A stretch of DNA of 64,000 nucleotides, taken from positions 61,504,001-61,568,000 of the forward strand of contig NC_083422.1 in the NCBI RefSeq assembly GCF_020745735.1, read 5' to 3'. A program made the position numbers and the translations under genes. Origin of the DNA: Hemiscyllium ocellatum (taxonomy: Eukaryota). Below the pieces are notes generated by a model. It was not told where the DNA came from. It was given only the letters and a program-made list of their open reading frames with translations, and searched no databases. Below, piece after piece: positions 47,401-61,639 of this stretch (positions are counted from its first letter, which is position 1; every line of letters begins with the position of its first letter).

Positions 47401-50400
47401 AATTCAGTGGCACTGTTCAGAGCTGTGAGGTATTGCTGATGTCCATGGCACTGTTCAGAGCTATGCAATATTGCTGATTTCTACGGCACTGTGCAGAGTT
47501 TTGTGATATTGCAGTTTTCTGGGGCCTTGTGCAAAGCTATGAGATATTGCTGCTTTCAGTGGCACTGTTCATATCTGTGAGATATTAAAGATTTCAGGGG
47601 CACTGTTCAGAACTGTGAGATATTGCTGATTTCATGGGCACTGCGCAGATCTGTGAGATATTGCTGATTTCAATGGCACTGTGCAGAGGTGTGAGATATT
47701 GCTGAGTTCAGGGGCATTGTGTAGAGCTGTGAGATAATTCTGATTTCAGGCGCACTGTTCAGAGCTGTGAGATATTGCTGATTTCAGGGGCACTGTTCAG
47801 AGCTGTGAGGTATTGCTGATTTCAGGGGCACTGTGCCGAGCTATGAGATTTTGCTGATTTCAGGGGCGCTTTGCACAGCAGTGAGATATTGCTGAGTTCA
47901 GGGGCATAGTGAAGTGATGTGAGGTATTACTTATATCAGGGGCACTGTTCAGAGCTGTGAGATATTGTTGATATCAGGGGCAATGTTCAGAGCTGTGAGA
48001 TATTGTTGATATCAGGGGCAATGTTCAGAGCTGTGAGATATTGTTGATATCAGGGGCACTGTTCAGTGCTGTGAGATATTGTTGATATCAGGGGCAATGT
48101 TCAGAGCTGTGAGATACTGCTGAGTTCCGGGTCACCATGCAGAGCTATGTGATATTGCAGATTTCTGGGGCATTGTGCAAAGCTATGAGATATTGTTGAT
48201 TTCAGAGTCACTGCTCAGAACTGTGAGATATTCCTGATTTCAGGGACACTGTTCAAAGCTTTAAGACATTGCTGATTTCTGTGGCGCTGTTCAGAGCTGT
48301 GAGATATTGCTGAATTCAGTGGCAATGTGCAGAGCTGTGAGATATTGCTGATTTCATGGGCACGGTGCCGAGCTGTGAGATATTGCTGATTTAATGTGCA
48401 CTCTGCACAGTAGTGAGATATTGCTGAGTTCAGGGGCATAATAAATTGATGTGAGGATATTGCTGATATCAGGGGCACTCTTCAGAGCTATGAGATATTG
48501 CTGATTTTACGGCCACTGCACAGAACTGTGAGATATTACTGATTTCGGCGGCACTGTGCAGTGCTGTGAGATATTGCTGAAGTCAGTGGCACTGTTCAGA
48601 GCTGTGAGGTATTGCTGATGTCCATGGCACTGTTCAGAGCTATGCAATATTGCTGATTTCTACGGCACTGTGCAGAGCTTTGTGATATTGCAGTTTTCTG
48701 GGGCCTTGTGCAAAGCTATGAGATATTGCTGCTTTCAGTGGCACTGTTCATATCTGTGAGATATTAAAGATTTCAGGGGCACTGTGCAGAGCTGTGAGAT
48801 ATTGCTGATTTAACGGGCACTCTGCACAGTAATGAGATATTGCTGAGTTCAGGGTCATAATAAATTGATTTGAGGATATTGCTGATATCAGGGGCACTCT
48901 TCAGAGCTATGAGATATTGCTGATTTCTGGGGCACCGTTCAGAGCTATGTGATATTGCAGATTTCTGGCGCATTGTGCAAAGCTATGAGATATTGTTGAT
49001 TTCAGAGTCACTGCTCAGAACTGTGAGATATTGCTGATTTCAGGGGCACTGTGCAGAGCTGTGAGGTATTGCTGATTTCAGGGGCACCGTTCAGAGCTTT
49101 CAGATATTGCTGATTTCAGGGGCACTATTCAAAGATGTGAGATATTGCTGATTTCAGGGGCACTGTGCAGAGCTGTGAGATATTGTTTATTTCACGTGCA
49201 CTGTTTCGAGTTGTGAGATATTGTTGATTTCTGGGACACCCTTCAAAGGTGTGAGATATTGATGATTTTAGGGGCAATGTTTGCAGCTGTGAGATATTGC
49301 TGATTTCATGGCCACTGCACAGAGTTGTGAGATATTGCTGATTTCAGCGGCACCGTGCAGTGCTGTGAGATATTGCTGAAGTCAGTGGCACTGTTCAGAG
49401 CTGTGAGGTATTGCTGATGTCCATGGCACTGTTCAGAGCTATGCAATATTGCTGATTTCTACGGCACTGTGCAGAGCTTTGTGATATTGCAGTTTTCTGG
49501 GGCCTTGTGCAAAGCTATGAGATATTACTGATTTCAGTGGCACTGTTCATATCTGTGAGATATTGCTGATTTCAGTAGAAATGAGCAGAGCTGTGAGGTA
49601 TTGATGATTTCAGGGGCACTGTTCAGAGCTCTGAGATATTGCTGATTTCAGGGGCACCATTCAGAGATGTGAGATGTTGCTAATTTCAAGGGCACTGTTC
49701 AGAGCTGTGAGGTATTGCTGATTTCATTGGCACTGTTCAGAGCTATGCAATATTGCTGATTTCTAGGGCACTGTGCAGAGCTATGTGATATTGCAGTTTT
49801 CTGGGGCTTTGTGCAAAGCTATGAGATATTGTTGATTTCAGTGGCACTGTTCATATCTGTGAGATGATGATTTCAGGGGCACTGTTCAGAGCTGTGAGGT
49901 ATTGCTGATTACAGGGGCACTGTGCAGAACTGTGAGAAATTATTGTTTTTTGGGGCAATGTTTAGAATTGTGAGATAGTCTTGATTTCAGGTGCACTGTG
50001 CAGAGGTGTGAGGTATTGCTGATTTCAGGGACACTGTTCAGAGCTTTGAGATATTGCTGATTTCAGGGGCACATTTCAGAGATGTGAGATATTGCTGATT
50101 TCAGGGGCACTGTGCAGAGCTGTGAGATATTGCTGATTTCACGGACACTGTTTAGAGTTGTGAGATATTTTTGATTTTGGCTGCACTGTTCAGAGCTGTG
50201 AGATATTGCTGATGTCAGTGGCACTGTTCATATCTGTGAGATGATGATTTCAGGGTCACTGTTCAGAACTGTGAGATATTGCTGATTTTATGGGCACTGC
50301 ACAGATCTGTGAGATGTTGCTGATTTCAGGGAAAATGAGCAGAGCTGTGAGGTATTGAAGATTTCAGTGGCACTGTTCAGAGCTGTGAGATATTGCTGAT

Positions 50401-53400
50401 TTCAGGGGCACTGTGCATAGCTGTGAGATATTGCTGATTTCAGGGGCATTATGCAGAGCTATGAGATATTGCTGATTTCAGGTGCACTTTGCCGAGCTAT
50501 GAGATATTGCTGATATCATGGACACTGTGCAGAGCTGTTAGATATGTCTGACCACCTCGGCACTGCGCAGATCTATGAGATATAGCCGATTTCAGGGGAA
50601 ATGAGCAGAGCTGTGAGAGATTGATGAATTCATGGGCACTGTTCAGAGCTGTGAGATATTGCTGATTTCGACGGCACTGTTCAGGTCTGTGCGATATTGC
50701 TGATTTCGGCTGCATTGTTCAGAGTCGTGAGGTAGTGCTGAATTCAGTGGCACTGTTCAGAGCTGTGAGGTATTGCTGATGTCCATGGCACTGTTCAGAG
50801 CTATGCAATATTGCTGATTTCTACGGCACTGTGCAGAGTTTTGTGATATTGCAGTTTTCTGGGGCCTTGTGCAAAGCTATGAGATATTGCTGCTTTCAGT
50901 GGCACTGTTCATATCTGTGAGATATTAAAGATTTCAGGGGCACTGTTCAGAACTGTGAGATATTGCTGATTTCATGGGCACTGCGCAGATCTGTGAGATA
51001 TTGCTGATTTCAATGGCACTGTGCAGAGGTGTGAGATATTGCTGAGTTCAGGGGCATTGTGTAGAGCTGTGAGATAATTCTGATTTCAGGTGCACTGTTC
51101 AGAGCTGTGAGATATTGCTGAGTTCAGGGGCACTGTTCAGAGCTGTGAGATATTGCTGAGTTCAGGGGCAATGTTCAGAGCTGTGAGATATTGCTGATTT
51201 CAGGGGCAGTGTTCAGAGCTGTGAGATATTGCTGATTTCTGGGACACTCTGCACAACAGTGAGATATTGCTGATTTCAGGGGCAATGTTCAGAGCTGTGA
51301 GGTATTGCTGATTTCAGGGGCAATGTGCCGAGCTATGAGATATTGCTGATTTCAGGGGCGCTTTGCACAGCAGTGAGATATTGCTGAGTTCAGGGGCATA
51401 GTGAAGTGATGTGAGGTATTACTTATATCAGGGGCACTGTTCAGTGCTGTGAGATATTGTTGATATCAGGGGCAATGTTCAGAGCTGTGTGATATTGCTG
51501 ATTTCAGGGGCACTGTGCAGAGCTGTGAGATATTTCTGATTTCATGGGCACGGTGCCGAGCTGTGAGATATTGCTGATTTAATGTGCACTCTGCACAGTA
51601 GTGAGATATTGCTGAGTTCAGGGGCATAATAAATTGATGTGAGGATATTGCTGATATCAGGGGCACTCTTCAGAGCTATGAGATATTGCTGATTTCACGG
51701 CCACTGCACAGAACTGTGAGATATTACTGATTTCGGCGGCACCGTGCAGTGCTGTGAGATATTGCTGAAGTCAGTGGCACTGTTCAGAGCTGTGAGGTGT
51801 TGCTGATGTCCATGGCACTGTTCAGAGCTATGCAATATTGCTGATTTCTACGGCACTGTGCAGAGCTTTGTGATATTGCAGTTTTCTGGGGCCTTGTGCA
51901 AAGCTATGAGATATTGCTGCTTTCAGTGGCACTGTTCATATCTGTGAGATATTAAAGATTTCAGGGGCACTGTGCAGAGTTGTGAGATATTGCTGATTTA
52001 ACGGGCACTCTGCACAGTAGTGAGATATTGCTGAGTTCAGGGTCATAATAAATTGATTTGAGGATATTGCTGATATCAGGGGCACTCTTCAGAGCTATGA
52101 GATATTGCTGATTTCTGGGTCACCGCGAAGAGCTATGTGATATTGCAGATTTCTGGGGCATTGTGCAAAGCTATGAGATATTGTTGATTTCAGAGTCACT
52201 GCTCAGGACTGTGAGATATTTCTGATTTCAGGGGCACTGTGCAGAGCTGTGAGGTATTGCTGATTTCAGGGGCACTGTGCAGAGCTATGAGATATTGCTG
52301 ATTTCAGGGGCACTATTCAAAGATGTGAGATATTGTTTATTTCACGTGCACTGTTTAGAGTTGTGAGATATTGTTGATTTCTGGGACACTGCTCAGAGCG
52401 GTGAGATATTGTTGATTTCAGGGGCACCCTTCAAAGATGTGAGATATTGATGATTTTAGGGGCAATGTTTGCAACTGTGAGATATTGCTGATTTCACGGC
52501 CACTGCACAGAACTCTGAGATATTGCTGATTTCGGCGGCACCGTGCAGTGCTGTGAGATATTGCTGATTTCAGCGGCACTGTGCAGAGCTTTGTGATATT
52601 GCAGTTTTCTGGGGCTTTGTGCAAAGCTATGAGATATTGCTGATTTCAGTGGCACTGTTCATATCTGTGAGATATTAAAGATTTCAGGGGCACTGTTCAG
52701 AACTGTGAGATATTGCTGATTTCATGGGCACTGCGCAGATCTGTGAGATATTGCTGATTTCAGTAAAAATGAGCAGAGGTGTGAGGTATTGCTGATTTCA
52801 GGGACACTGTTCAGAGCTCTGAGATATTGCTGATTTCAGGGGCACCATTCAGAGATGTGAGATGTTGCTAATTTCAAGGGCACTGTTCAGAGCTGTGAGG
52901 TATTGCTGATTTCATTGGCACTGTTCAGAGCTATGCAATATTGCTGATTTCTAGGGCACTGTGCAGAGCTATGTGATATTGCAGTTTTCTGGGGCTTTGT
53001 GCAAAGCTATGAGATATTGATGATTTCAGTGGCACTGTTCATATCTGTGAGATGATGATTTCAGGGGCACTGTTCAGAGCTGTGAGGTATTGCTGATTAC
53101 AGGGGCACTGTGCAGAACTGTGAGAAATTATTGTTTTTTGGGGCAATGTTTAGAGTTGTGAGACATTCTTGATTTCAGGGGCACTGTGCAGAGATGTGCG
53201 GTATTGCTGATTTCAGGGACACTGTTCAGAGCTTTGAGATATTGCTGATTTCAGGGGCACATTTCAGAGCTGTGAGATATTGCTGATTTCAGGGAAACTG
53301 AGCAGAGATGTGAGATATTGCTGATTTTGGGGCACTGTTCAGAGCTGTGAGATATTGCTGATTTCAGGGAAACTGAGCAGAGTTGTGAGATATTGATGAT

Positions 53401-56400
53401 TTTAGGGGCACTGTGCTGAGATGTGAGACATTGCTGATGTCAGGGGCACTGTGCAGAGCTGTGAAATATTGTTGATTTCAGGGGCACTTTGTGGAGCTGT
53501 GAGATATTGCTGATTTCAGGAGCACTTTTCAGAGCTGTGAGATATTGCTGATTTCAGGGGCACTTTGTGGAACTGGGAGATATTTCTGATTTCTGGAGCA
53601 CTTTTCAGAGCTGTGAGGTATATCTGATTTCAGGGGCACTGGGTAGAGCTGCGAGATATTGCTGATTTCAGGGATACTGTTAGACCTGTGAGATATTGCT
53701 GATTTCGGGGGCACTGTTCAGAGCTGTGAGGTATTGCTGGTTTAGGGGCACTGTTCAGACCTATGAAATATTGCTGATTTAGGGGCACTGTGCAGAGCTA
53801 TGAGATATTGCTGATTTATGGGTCACCGTGAAGAGCTATGTGATATTGCAGTTTTCTGGGGCATTGTGCAAAGCTATAAGATATTGATGATTTCTGTGTC
53901 ACTATTGAGAACTGTGCGATATTGCTGATTTCCAGGTCACTGTGCAGATCTATGAGATATTGCCGATTTCAGGGAAATGAGCAGAGCTGTGAGATATTGC
54001 TGACTTCAGGGGCACTGTTCAGAGCTGTGAGATATTGTTTATTTCAGGGGCAGTGTTCAGACCTTTGTGATATTGTTGATTTCAGGGGCACTGTGCAGAG
54101 CTGTGAGAATTTGCTGATTTCCAGGGCACTGTGCAGAGCTTTGTGGTATAGCTGATTTCTGGGACCATGTGCTGAGCTGTGAGATATTGCTGATTTTAGG
54201 GTCATTGTTCAGAGCTGTGAGATATTGCTGGTTTGCGGGGCACTGTGCAAAGCTGTGAGGTATTGCTGATTTCCCGGGCACTGTTCAGAGCTTTGAGATA
54301 TTGCTGATTTCAGGGGAATTGTGCAGAGTTTTAAGATATTGCTGATTTCAGGGACACTGTTCAGAGCTTTGAGATATTGCTGATTTCAGGAGAATTGTGC
54401 AGAGTTTTGAGATATTGCTGATTTCATGTGCACTGTTCAGAGCTGTGAGATATTGCTGATTTCAGGGTACTGTTCAGAGCTGTGAGATATTGCTGATTTC
54501 AGGTGCACTGTTCAGAGCTGTGAGATATTGTTTATTTCAGGGGCGGTGTTCAGACCTTTGTGATATTGTTGATTTCAGGGGCACTGTGCAGAGCTGTGAG
54601 AATTTGCTGATTTCCAGGGCACTGTGCAGAGCTTTGTGGTATAGCTGATTTCTGGGACCATGTGCTGAGCTGTGAGATATTGTTGATTTTAGGGTCATTG
54701 TTCAGAGCTGTGAGATATTGCTGATTTGCGGGGCACTGTGCAGAGCTGTGAGGTATTGCTGATTTCCCGGGCACTGTTCAGGGCTTTGAGATATTGCTGA
54801 TGTCAGGGGAATTGTGCAGAGTTTTGAGATATTGCTGATTTCAGGGGCACTGTTCAGAGCTTTGAGATATTGCTGATTTCAGGTGCACTGTTCAGAGCTG
54901 TGAGATATTGCTGATTTCAGGTCCACTGTGCAGAGCTATGAGATATTGCTGATTTCAGGGGCACTGTGCAGAGCTGTGAAATATTGTTGATTTCAGGTGC
55001 ACTTTGTGGAGCTGTGAGATATTGCTGGTTTGCGGGGCACTGTGCAGAGCTGTGAGATATTGCTGATTTCAGGAGCACTTTTCAGAGCTGTGATGTATAT
55101 CTGATTTCAGGGGCACTGTGTAGAACTGCGAGATATTGCTGATTTCAGGGATACTGTTCAGACCTGTGAGATATTGCTGATTTCGGGGGCACTGTTCAGA
55201 GCCGTGAGATTTTGCTGGTTTAGGGGCACTGTTCAGAGCTGTGAGATATTGCTGATTTCCAGGTCACTGTGCAGAGCTATGTGATATTGCAGTTTTCTGG
55301 GGCATTGTGCAAAGCTATGAGATATTGATGATTTCAGTGTCCCTATTGAGAACTGTGAGATATTGCTTATTTCATGGGCACTGTGCAGTTCTATGAGATA
55401 TTGCCGATTTCAGGGGCAGTGTTCAGACCTTTGTCATATTGTTGATTTCAGGGGCACTGTTCAGAGCTGTGAGATATTGTTTATTTCAGGGGCAGTGTTC
55501 AGACCTTTGTGATATTGTTGATTTCAGGGGCACTGTGCAGGGCTGTGAGAATTTGCTGATTTCCAGGGCACTGTGCAGAGCTTTGTGGTATAGCTGATTT
55601 TTGGAACCATGTTCTGAGCTATGAGATATTGCAGATTTCAGGGGCACTGTTCAGAACTGTGAGATAGTGCTGATTTCGACGGCACATTGCAGAGTTTTGA
55701 GATATTGCTGATTTCATGGACACTGTTCAGAGCTGTGAGATATTACTGATTTCGGCAGCACTGTTCAGGTCTGTGAGATATTGCTGATTTTGGCTGCACT
55801 GTTCAGAGCCGTGAGGTATTGCTGAGTTCAGTGGCACTGTTCAGAGCTGTGAGGTATTGCTGATGTCCATGGCACTGTTCAGAGCTATGCAATATTGCTG
55901 ATTTCTACGGCACTGTACAGAGCTTTGTGATATTGCAGTTTTCTGGGGCATTGTGCAAAGCTATGAGATATCGATGATTTCAGTGGCACTGTTCATATCT
56001 GTGAGATATTGATGATTTCAGGGTAATTGTTAAGAACTGTGAGATATTGATGATTTCATGGGCACTGCGCAGATCTGTGAGATATTGCTGATTTCAGTAA
56101 AAATGCGCAGAGCTGTGAGATATTGCTGACTTCAGGGGCACCGTTCAGAGCTGTGAGATATTGTTTATTTCAGGGGCAGTGTTCAGACCTTTGTGATATT
56201 GTTGATTTCAGGGGCACTGTTCAGAGCTGTGAGAATTTGCTGATTTCCAGGGCACTGTGCTGAGCTTTGTGGTATAGCTGATTTCTGGGACCATGTGCTG
56301 AGCTGTGAGATATTGCTGATTTTAGGGTCATTGTTCAGAGCTGTGAGATATTGCTGGTTTGCGGGGCACTGTGCAGAGCTGTGAGGTATTGCTGATTTCC

Positions 56401-59400
56401 CGGGCACTGTTCAGAGCTTTGAGATATTGCTGATTTCAGGGGAAATGTGCAGAGTTTTGAGATATTACTGATTTCAGGGACACTGTTCAGAGCTTTGAGA
56501 TATTGCTGATTTCGGGGAATTGTGCACAGTTTTGAGATATTGCTAATTTCAGGTGCACTGTTCAGAGCTTTGAGATATTGCTGATTTCGGGGAATTGTGC
56601 AGAGTTTTGAGATATTGCTGATTTCAGCGGCACTGTGCAGAGCTGTGAGGTATTGCTGATTTCAGGAGCACTGTGCAGAGCTGTGAGGTATTGCTGATTT
56701 CCCGGGCACTGTTCAGAGCTGTGAGATATTGCTGATTTCAGGGCCACTGTGCAGAGCTGTGAGGTATTGCTGATTTCAGGAGCACTGTGCAGAGCTATGA
56801 GATATTGCTGATTTTAGGGTCATTGTTCAGAGCTGTGAGATATTGCTGATTTAATGTGCACTCTGCACAGTAGTGAGATATTGCTTTGTTCAGGGGCATA
56901 ATAAATTGATGTGAGGATATTGCTGATATCAGGGACACTGTTCAGAGTTGTGAGATACTGCTGGTTTAGAGGCACTCTTCAGAGCTATGAGATATTGCTG
57001 ATTTCTGGTCACCGTGAAGAGCTATGTGATATTGCAGAATTCTGGGGCATTGTGCAAAGCTATGAGATATTGTTGATTTCAGAGTCACTGCTCAGAACTG
57101 TGAGATATTGCTGATTTCAGGGGCACTGTGCAGAGCTGTGAGATATTGCTGATTTCACGGACACTGTTTAGAGTTGTGAGATATTTTTGATTTTGGCTGC
57201 ACTGTTCAGAGCTGTGAGATATTGCTGATGTCAGTGGCACTGTTCATATCTGTGAGATGATGATTTCAGGGTCACTGTTCAGAACTGTGAGATATTGCTG
57301 ATTTTATGGGCACTGCGCAGATCTGTGAGATGTTGCTGATTTCAGGGAAAATGCGCAGAGCTGTGAGATATTGCTGACTTCAGGGGCACCGTTCAGAGCT
57401 GTGAGATATTGTTTATTTCAGGGGCAGTGTTCAGACCTTTGTGATATTGTTGATTTCAGGGGCACTGTTCAGAGCTGTGAGAATTTGCTGATTTCCAGGG
57501 CACTGTGCTGAGCTTTGTGGTATAGCTGATTTCTGGGACCATGTGCTGAGCTGTGAGATATTGCTGATTTTAGGGTCATTGTTCAGAGCTGTGAGATATT
57601 GCTGGTTTGCGGGGCACTGTGCAGAGCTGTGAGGTATTGCTGATTTCCCGGGCACTGTTCAGAGCTTTGAGATATTGCTGATTTCAGGGGAAATGTGCAG
57701 AGTTTTGAGATATTACTGATTTCAGGGACACTGTTCAGAGCTTTGAGATATTGCTGATTTCGGGGAATTGTGCAGAGTTTTGAGATATTGCTAATTTCAG
57801 GTGCACTGTTCAGAGCTTTGAGATATTGCTGATTTCAGCGGCACTGTGCAGAGCTGTGAGGTATTGCTGATTTCAGGAGCACTGTGCAGAGCTGTGAGGT
57901 ATTGCTGATTTCCCGGGCACTGTTCAGAGCTGTGAGATATTGCTGATGTCCATGGCACTGTTCAGAGCTATGCAATATTGCTGATTTCTACGGCACTGTA
58001 CAGAGCTTTGTGATATTGCAGTTTTCTGGGGCATTGTGCAAAGCTATGAGATATCGATGATTTCAGTGGCACTGTTCATATCTGTGAGATATTGATGATT
58101 TCAGGGTAATTGTTAAGAACTGTGAGATATTGATGATTTCATGGGCACTGCGCAGATCTGTGAGATATTGCTGATTTCAGTAAAAATGCGCAGAGCTGTG
58201 AGATATTGCTGACTTCAGGGGCACCGTTCAGAGCTGTGAGATATTGTTTATTTCAGGGGCAGTGTTCAGACCTTTGTGATGTTGTTGATTTCAGGGGCAC
58301 TGTTCAGAGCTGTGAGAATTTGCTGATTTCCAGGGCACTGTGCTGAGCTTTGTGGTATAGCTGATTTCTGGGACCATGTGCTGAGCTGTGAGATATTGCT
58401 GATTTTAGGGTCATTGTTCAGAGCTGTGAGATATTGCTGGTTTGCGGGGCACTGTGCAGAGCTGTGAGGTATTGCTGATTTCCCGGGCACTGTTCAGAGC
58501 TTTGAGATATTGCTGATTTCAGGGGAAATGTGCAGAGTTTTGAGATATTACTGATTTCAGGGACACTGTTCAGAGCTTTGAGATATTGCTGATTTCGGGG
58601 AATTGTGCAGAGTTTTGAGATATTGCTAATTTCAGGTGCACTGTTCAGAGCTTTGAGATATTGCTGATTTCAGCGGCACTGTGCAGAGCTGTGAGGTATT
58701 GCTGATTTCAGGAGCACTGTGCAGAGCTGTGAGGTATTGCTGATTTCCCGGGCACTGTTCAGAGCTGTGAGATATTGCTGATTTCAGGAGCACTGTTCAG
58801 AGCTGTGAGGTATTGCTGATTTCAGAGCCACTGTGCAGAGCTGTGAGGTATTGCTGATTTCAGGAGCACTGTGCAGAGCTATGAGATATTGCTGATTTTA
58901 GGGTCATTGTTCAGAGCTGTGAGATATTGCTGATTTAATGTGCACTCTGCACAGTAGTGAGATATTGCTTTGTTCAGGGGCATAATAAATTGATGTGAGG
59001 ATATTGCTGATATCAGGGACACTGTTCAGAGTTGTGAGATACTGCTGGTTTAGAGGCACTCTTCAGAGCTATGAGATATTGCTGATTTCTGGTCACCGTG
59101 AAGAGCTATGTGATATTGCAGAATTCTGGGGCATTGTGCAAAGCTATGAGATATTGTTGATTTCAGAGTCACTGCTCAGAACTGTGAGATATTGCTGATT
59201 TCAGGGGCACTGTGCAGAGCTGTGAGATATTGCTGATTTCACGGACACTGTTTAGAGTTGTGAGATATTTTTGATTTTGGCTGCACTGTTCAGAGCTGTG
59301 AGATATTGCTGATGTCAGTGGCACTGTTCATATCTGTGAGATGATGATTTCAGGGTCACTGTTCAGAACTGTGAGATATTGCTGATTTTATGGGCACTGC

Positions 59401-61639
59401 GCAGATCTGTGAGATGTTGCTGATTTCAGGGAAAATGAGCAGAGCTGTGAGGTATTGAAGATTTCAGTGGCACTGTTCAGAGCTGTGAGATATTGCTGAT
59501 TTCAGGGGCACTGTGCATAGCTGTGAGATATTGCTGATTTCAGGGGCATTATGCAGAGCTATGAGATATTGCTGATTTCAGGTGCACTTTGCCGAGCTAT
59601 GAGATATTGCTGATTTCATGGACACTGTTCAGAGCTGTGAGATATTACTGATTTCGGCAGCACTGTTCAGGTCTGTGAGATATTGCTGATTTCGACGGCA
59701 CTGTTCAGGTCTGTGCGATATTGCTGATTTCGGCTGCATTGTTCAGAGTCGTGAGGTATTACTGAATTCAGTGGCACTGTTCAGAGCTGTGAGGTATTGC
59801 TGATGTCCACGGCACTGTTCAAGCTATGGAATATGGCTGATTTCTACGGCACTGTGCAGAGCTTTGTGATATTGCAGTTTTCTGGGGCATTGTGCAAAGC
59901 TATGAGATATCGATGATTTCAGGGGCACTGATCATATCTGTGAGATATTGATGATTTCAGGGTCACTGTTCAGAACTGTGAGATATTGCTGATTTCAGTA
60001 AAAATGAGCAGAGCTGTGAGGTATTGATGGTTTCAGGGGCAGTGATCAGACCTTTGTGATATTGTTGATTTCAGGGCACTGTGCAGAGCTTTGTGGTATA
60101 GCTGATTTCTGGGACCATGTGCTGAGCTGTGAGATATTGCTGGTTTGCGGGGCACTGTGCAGAGCTGTGAGGTATTGCTGATTTCCCGGGCACTGTTCAG
60201 AGCTTTGAGATATTGCTGATTTCAGGGGAATTGTGCAGAGTTTTAAGATATTGCTGATTTCAGGGACACTGTTCAGAGCTTTGAGATATTGCTGATTTCA
60301 GGGGAATTGTGCAGAGTTTTGAGATATTGCTAATTTCAGGTGCACTGTTCAGAGCTTTGAGATATTGCTCATTTCAGGGGAATTGTGCAGAGTTTTGAGA
60401 TATTGCTAATTTCAGGTGCACTGTTCAGAGCTTTGAGATATTGCTGATTTCAGGGGAATTGTGCAGAGTTTTGAGATATTGCTAATTTCAGGTGCACTGT
60501 TCAGAGCTGTGAGATATTGCTGATTTCAGGTGCACTGTTCAGAGCTGTGAGATATTGCTGATTTCAGGGGCACTGTTCAGAGCTGTGAGGTATTGCTGAT
60601 TTCAGGAGTACTGTGCAGAGCTGTGAGATATTGCTGATTTAATGTGCACTCTGCACAGTAGTGAGATATTGCTGAGTTCAGGGGCATAATAAATTGATGT
60701 GAGGATATTGCTGATATCAGGGACACTGTTCAGAGTTGTGTGATACTGCTGGTTTAGAGGCACTCTTCAGAGCTATGTGATATTGCAGATTTCTGGGGCA
60801 TTGTGCAAAGCTATGAGATATTGTTGATTTCAGAGTCACTGCTCAGAGCTGTGAGATATTGCTGATTTCAGGGCCACTGTGCAGAGCTGTGAGATATTGC
60901 TGATTTCAGGGGCACTATTCAAAGATGTGAGATATTGCTGATTTCAGGGGCACTGTGCAGAGCTGTGAGATATTGTTTATTTCACGTGCACTGTTTAGAG
61001 TTGTGAGATATTGTTGATTTCTGGGACACTGCTCAGAGCGGTGAGATATTGCTGATTTCAGGGGCACCCTTCAAAGATGTGAGATATTGATGATTTTAGG
61101 GGCAATGTTTGCAGTTGTGAGATATTGCTGATTTCACGGCCACTGCACAGAACTCTGAGATATTGCTGATTTCAGCGGCACCATGCAGTGCTGTGAGATA
61201 TTGCTGAAGTCTGTGGCACTGTTCAGAGCTATGCAATATTGCTGATTTCAGGGGCACTGTGCATAGCTGTGAGATATTGCTGATTTCAGGGGCATTATGC
61301 AGAGCTATGAGATATTGCTGATTTGAGGTGCACTTTGCCGAGCTATGAGATATTGCTGATTTCATGGACACTGTGCAGAGCTGTTAGATATGTCTGACCA
61401 CCTCGGCACTGCGCAGTATTGATGATTTCAGGGGCACTGTTCATATCTGTGAGATGATGATTTCAGGGTCACTGTTCAGAACTGTGAGATATTGCTGATT
61501 TTATGGGCACTGCGCAGATCTGTGAGATGTTGCTGATTTCAGGGAAAATGAGCAGAGCTGTGAGGTATTGAAGATTTCAGGGGCACTGTTCAGAGCTGTG
61601 AGGTATTGCTGATTTCAGGGGCACTGTGCAGAGCTGTGA

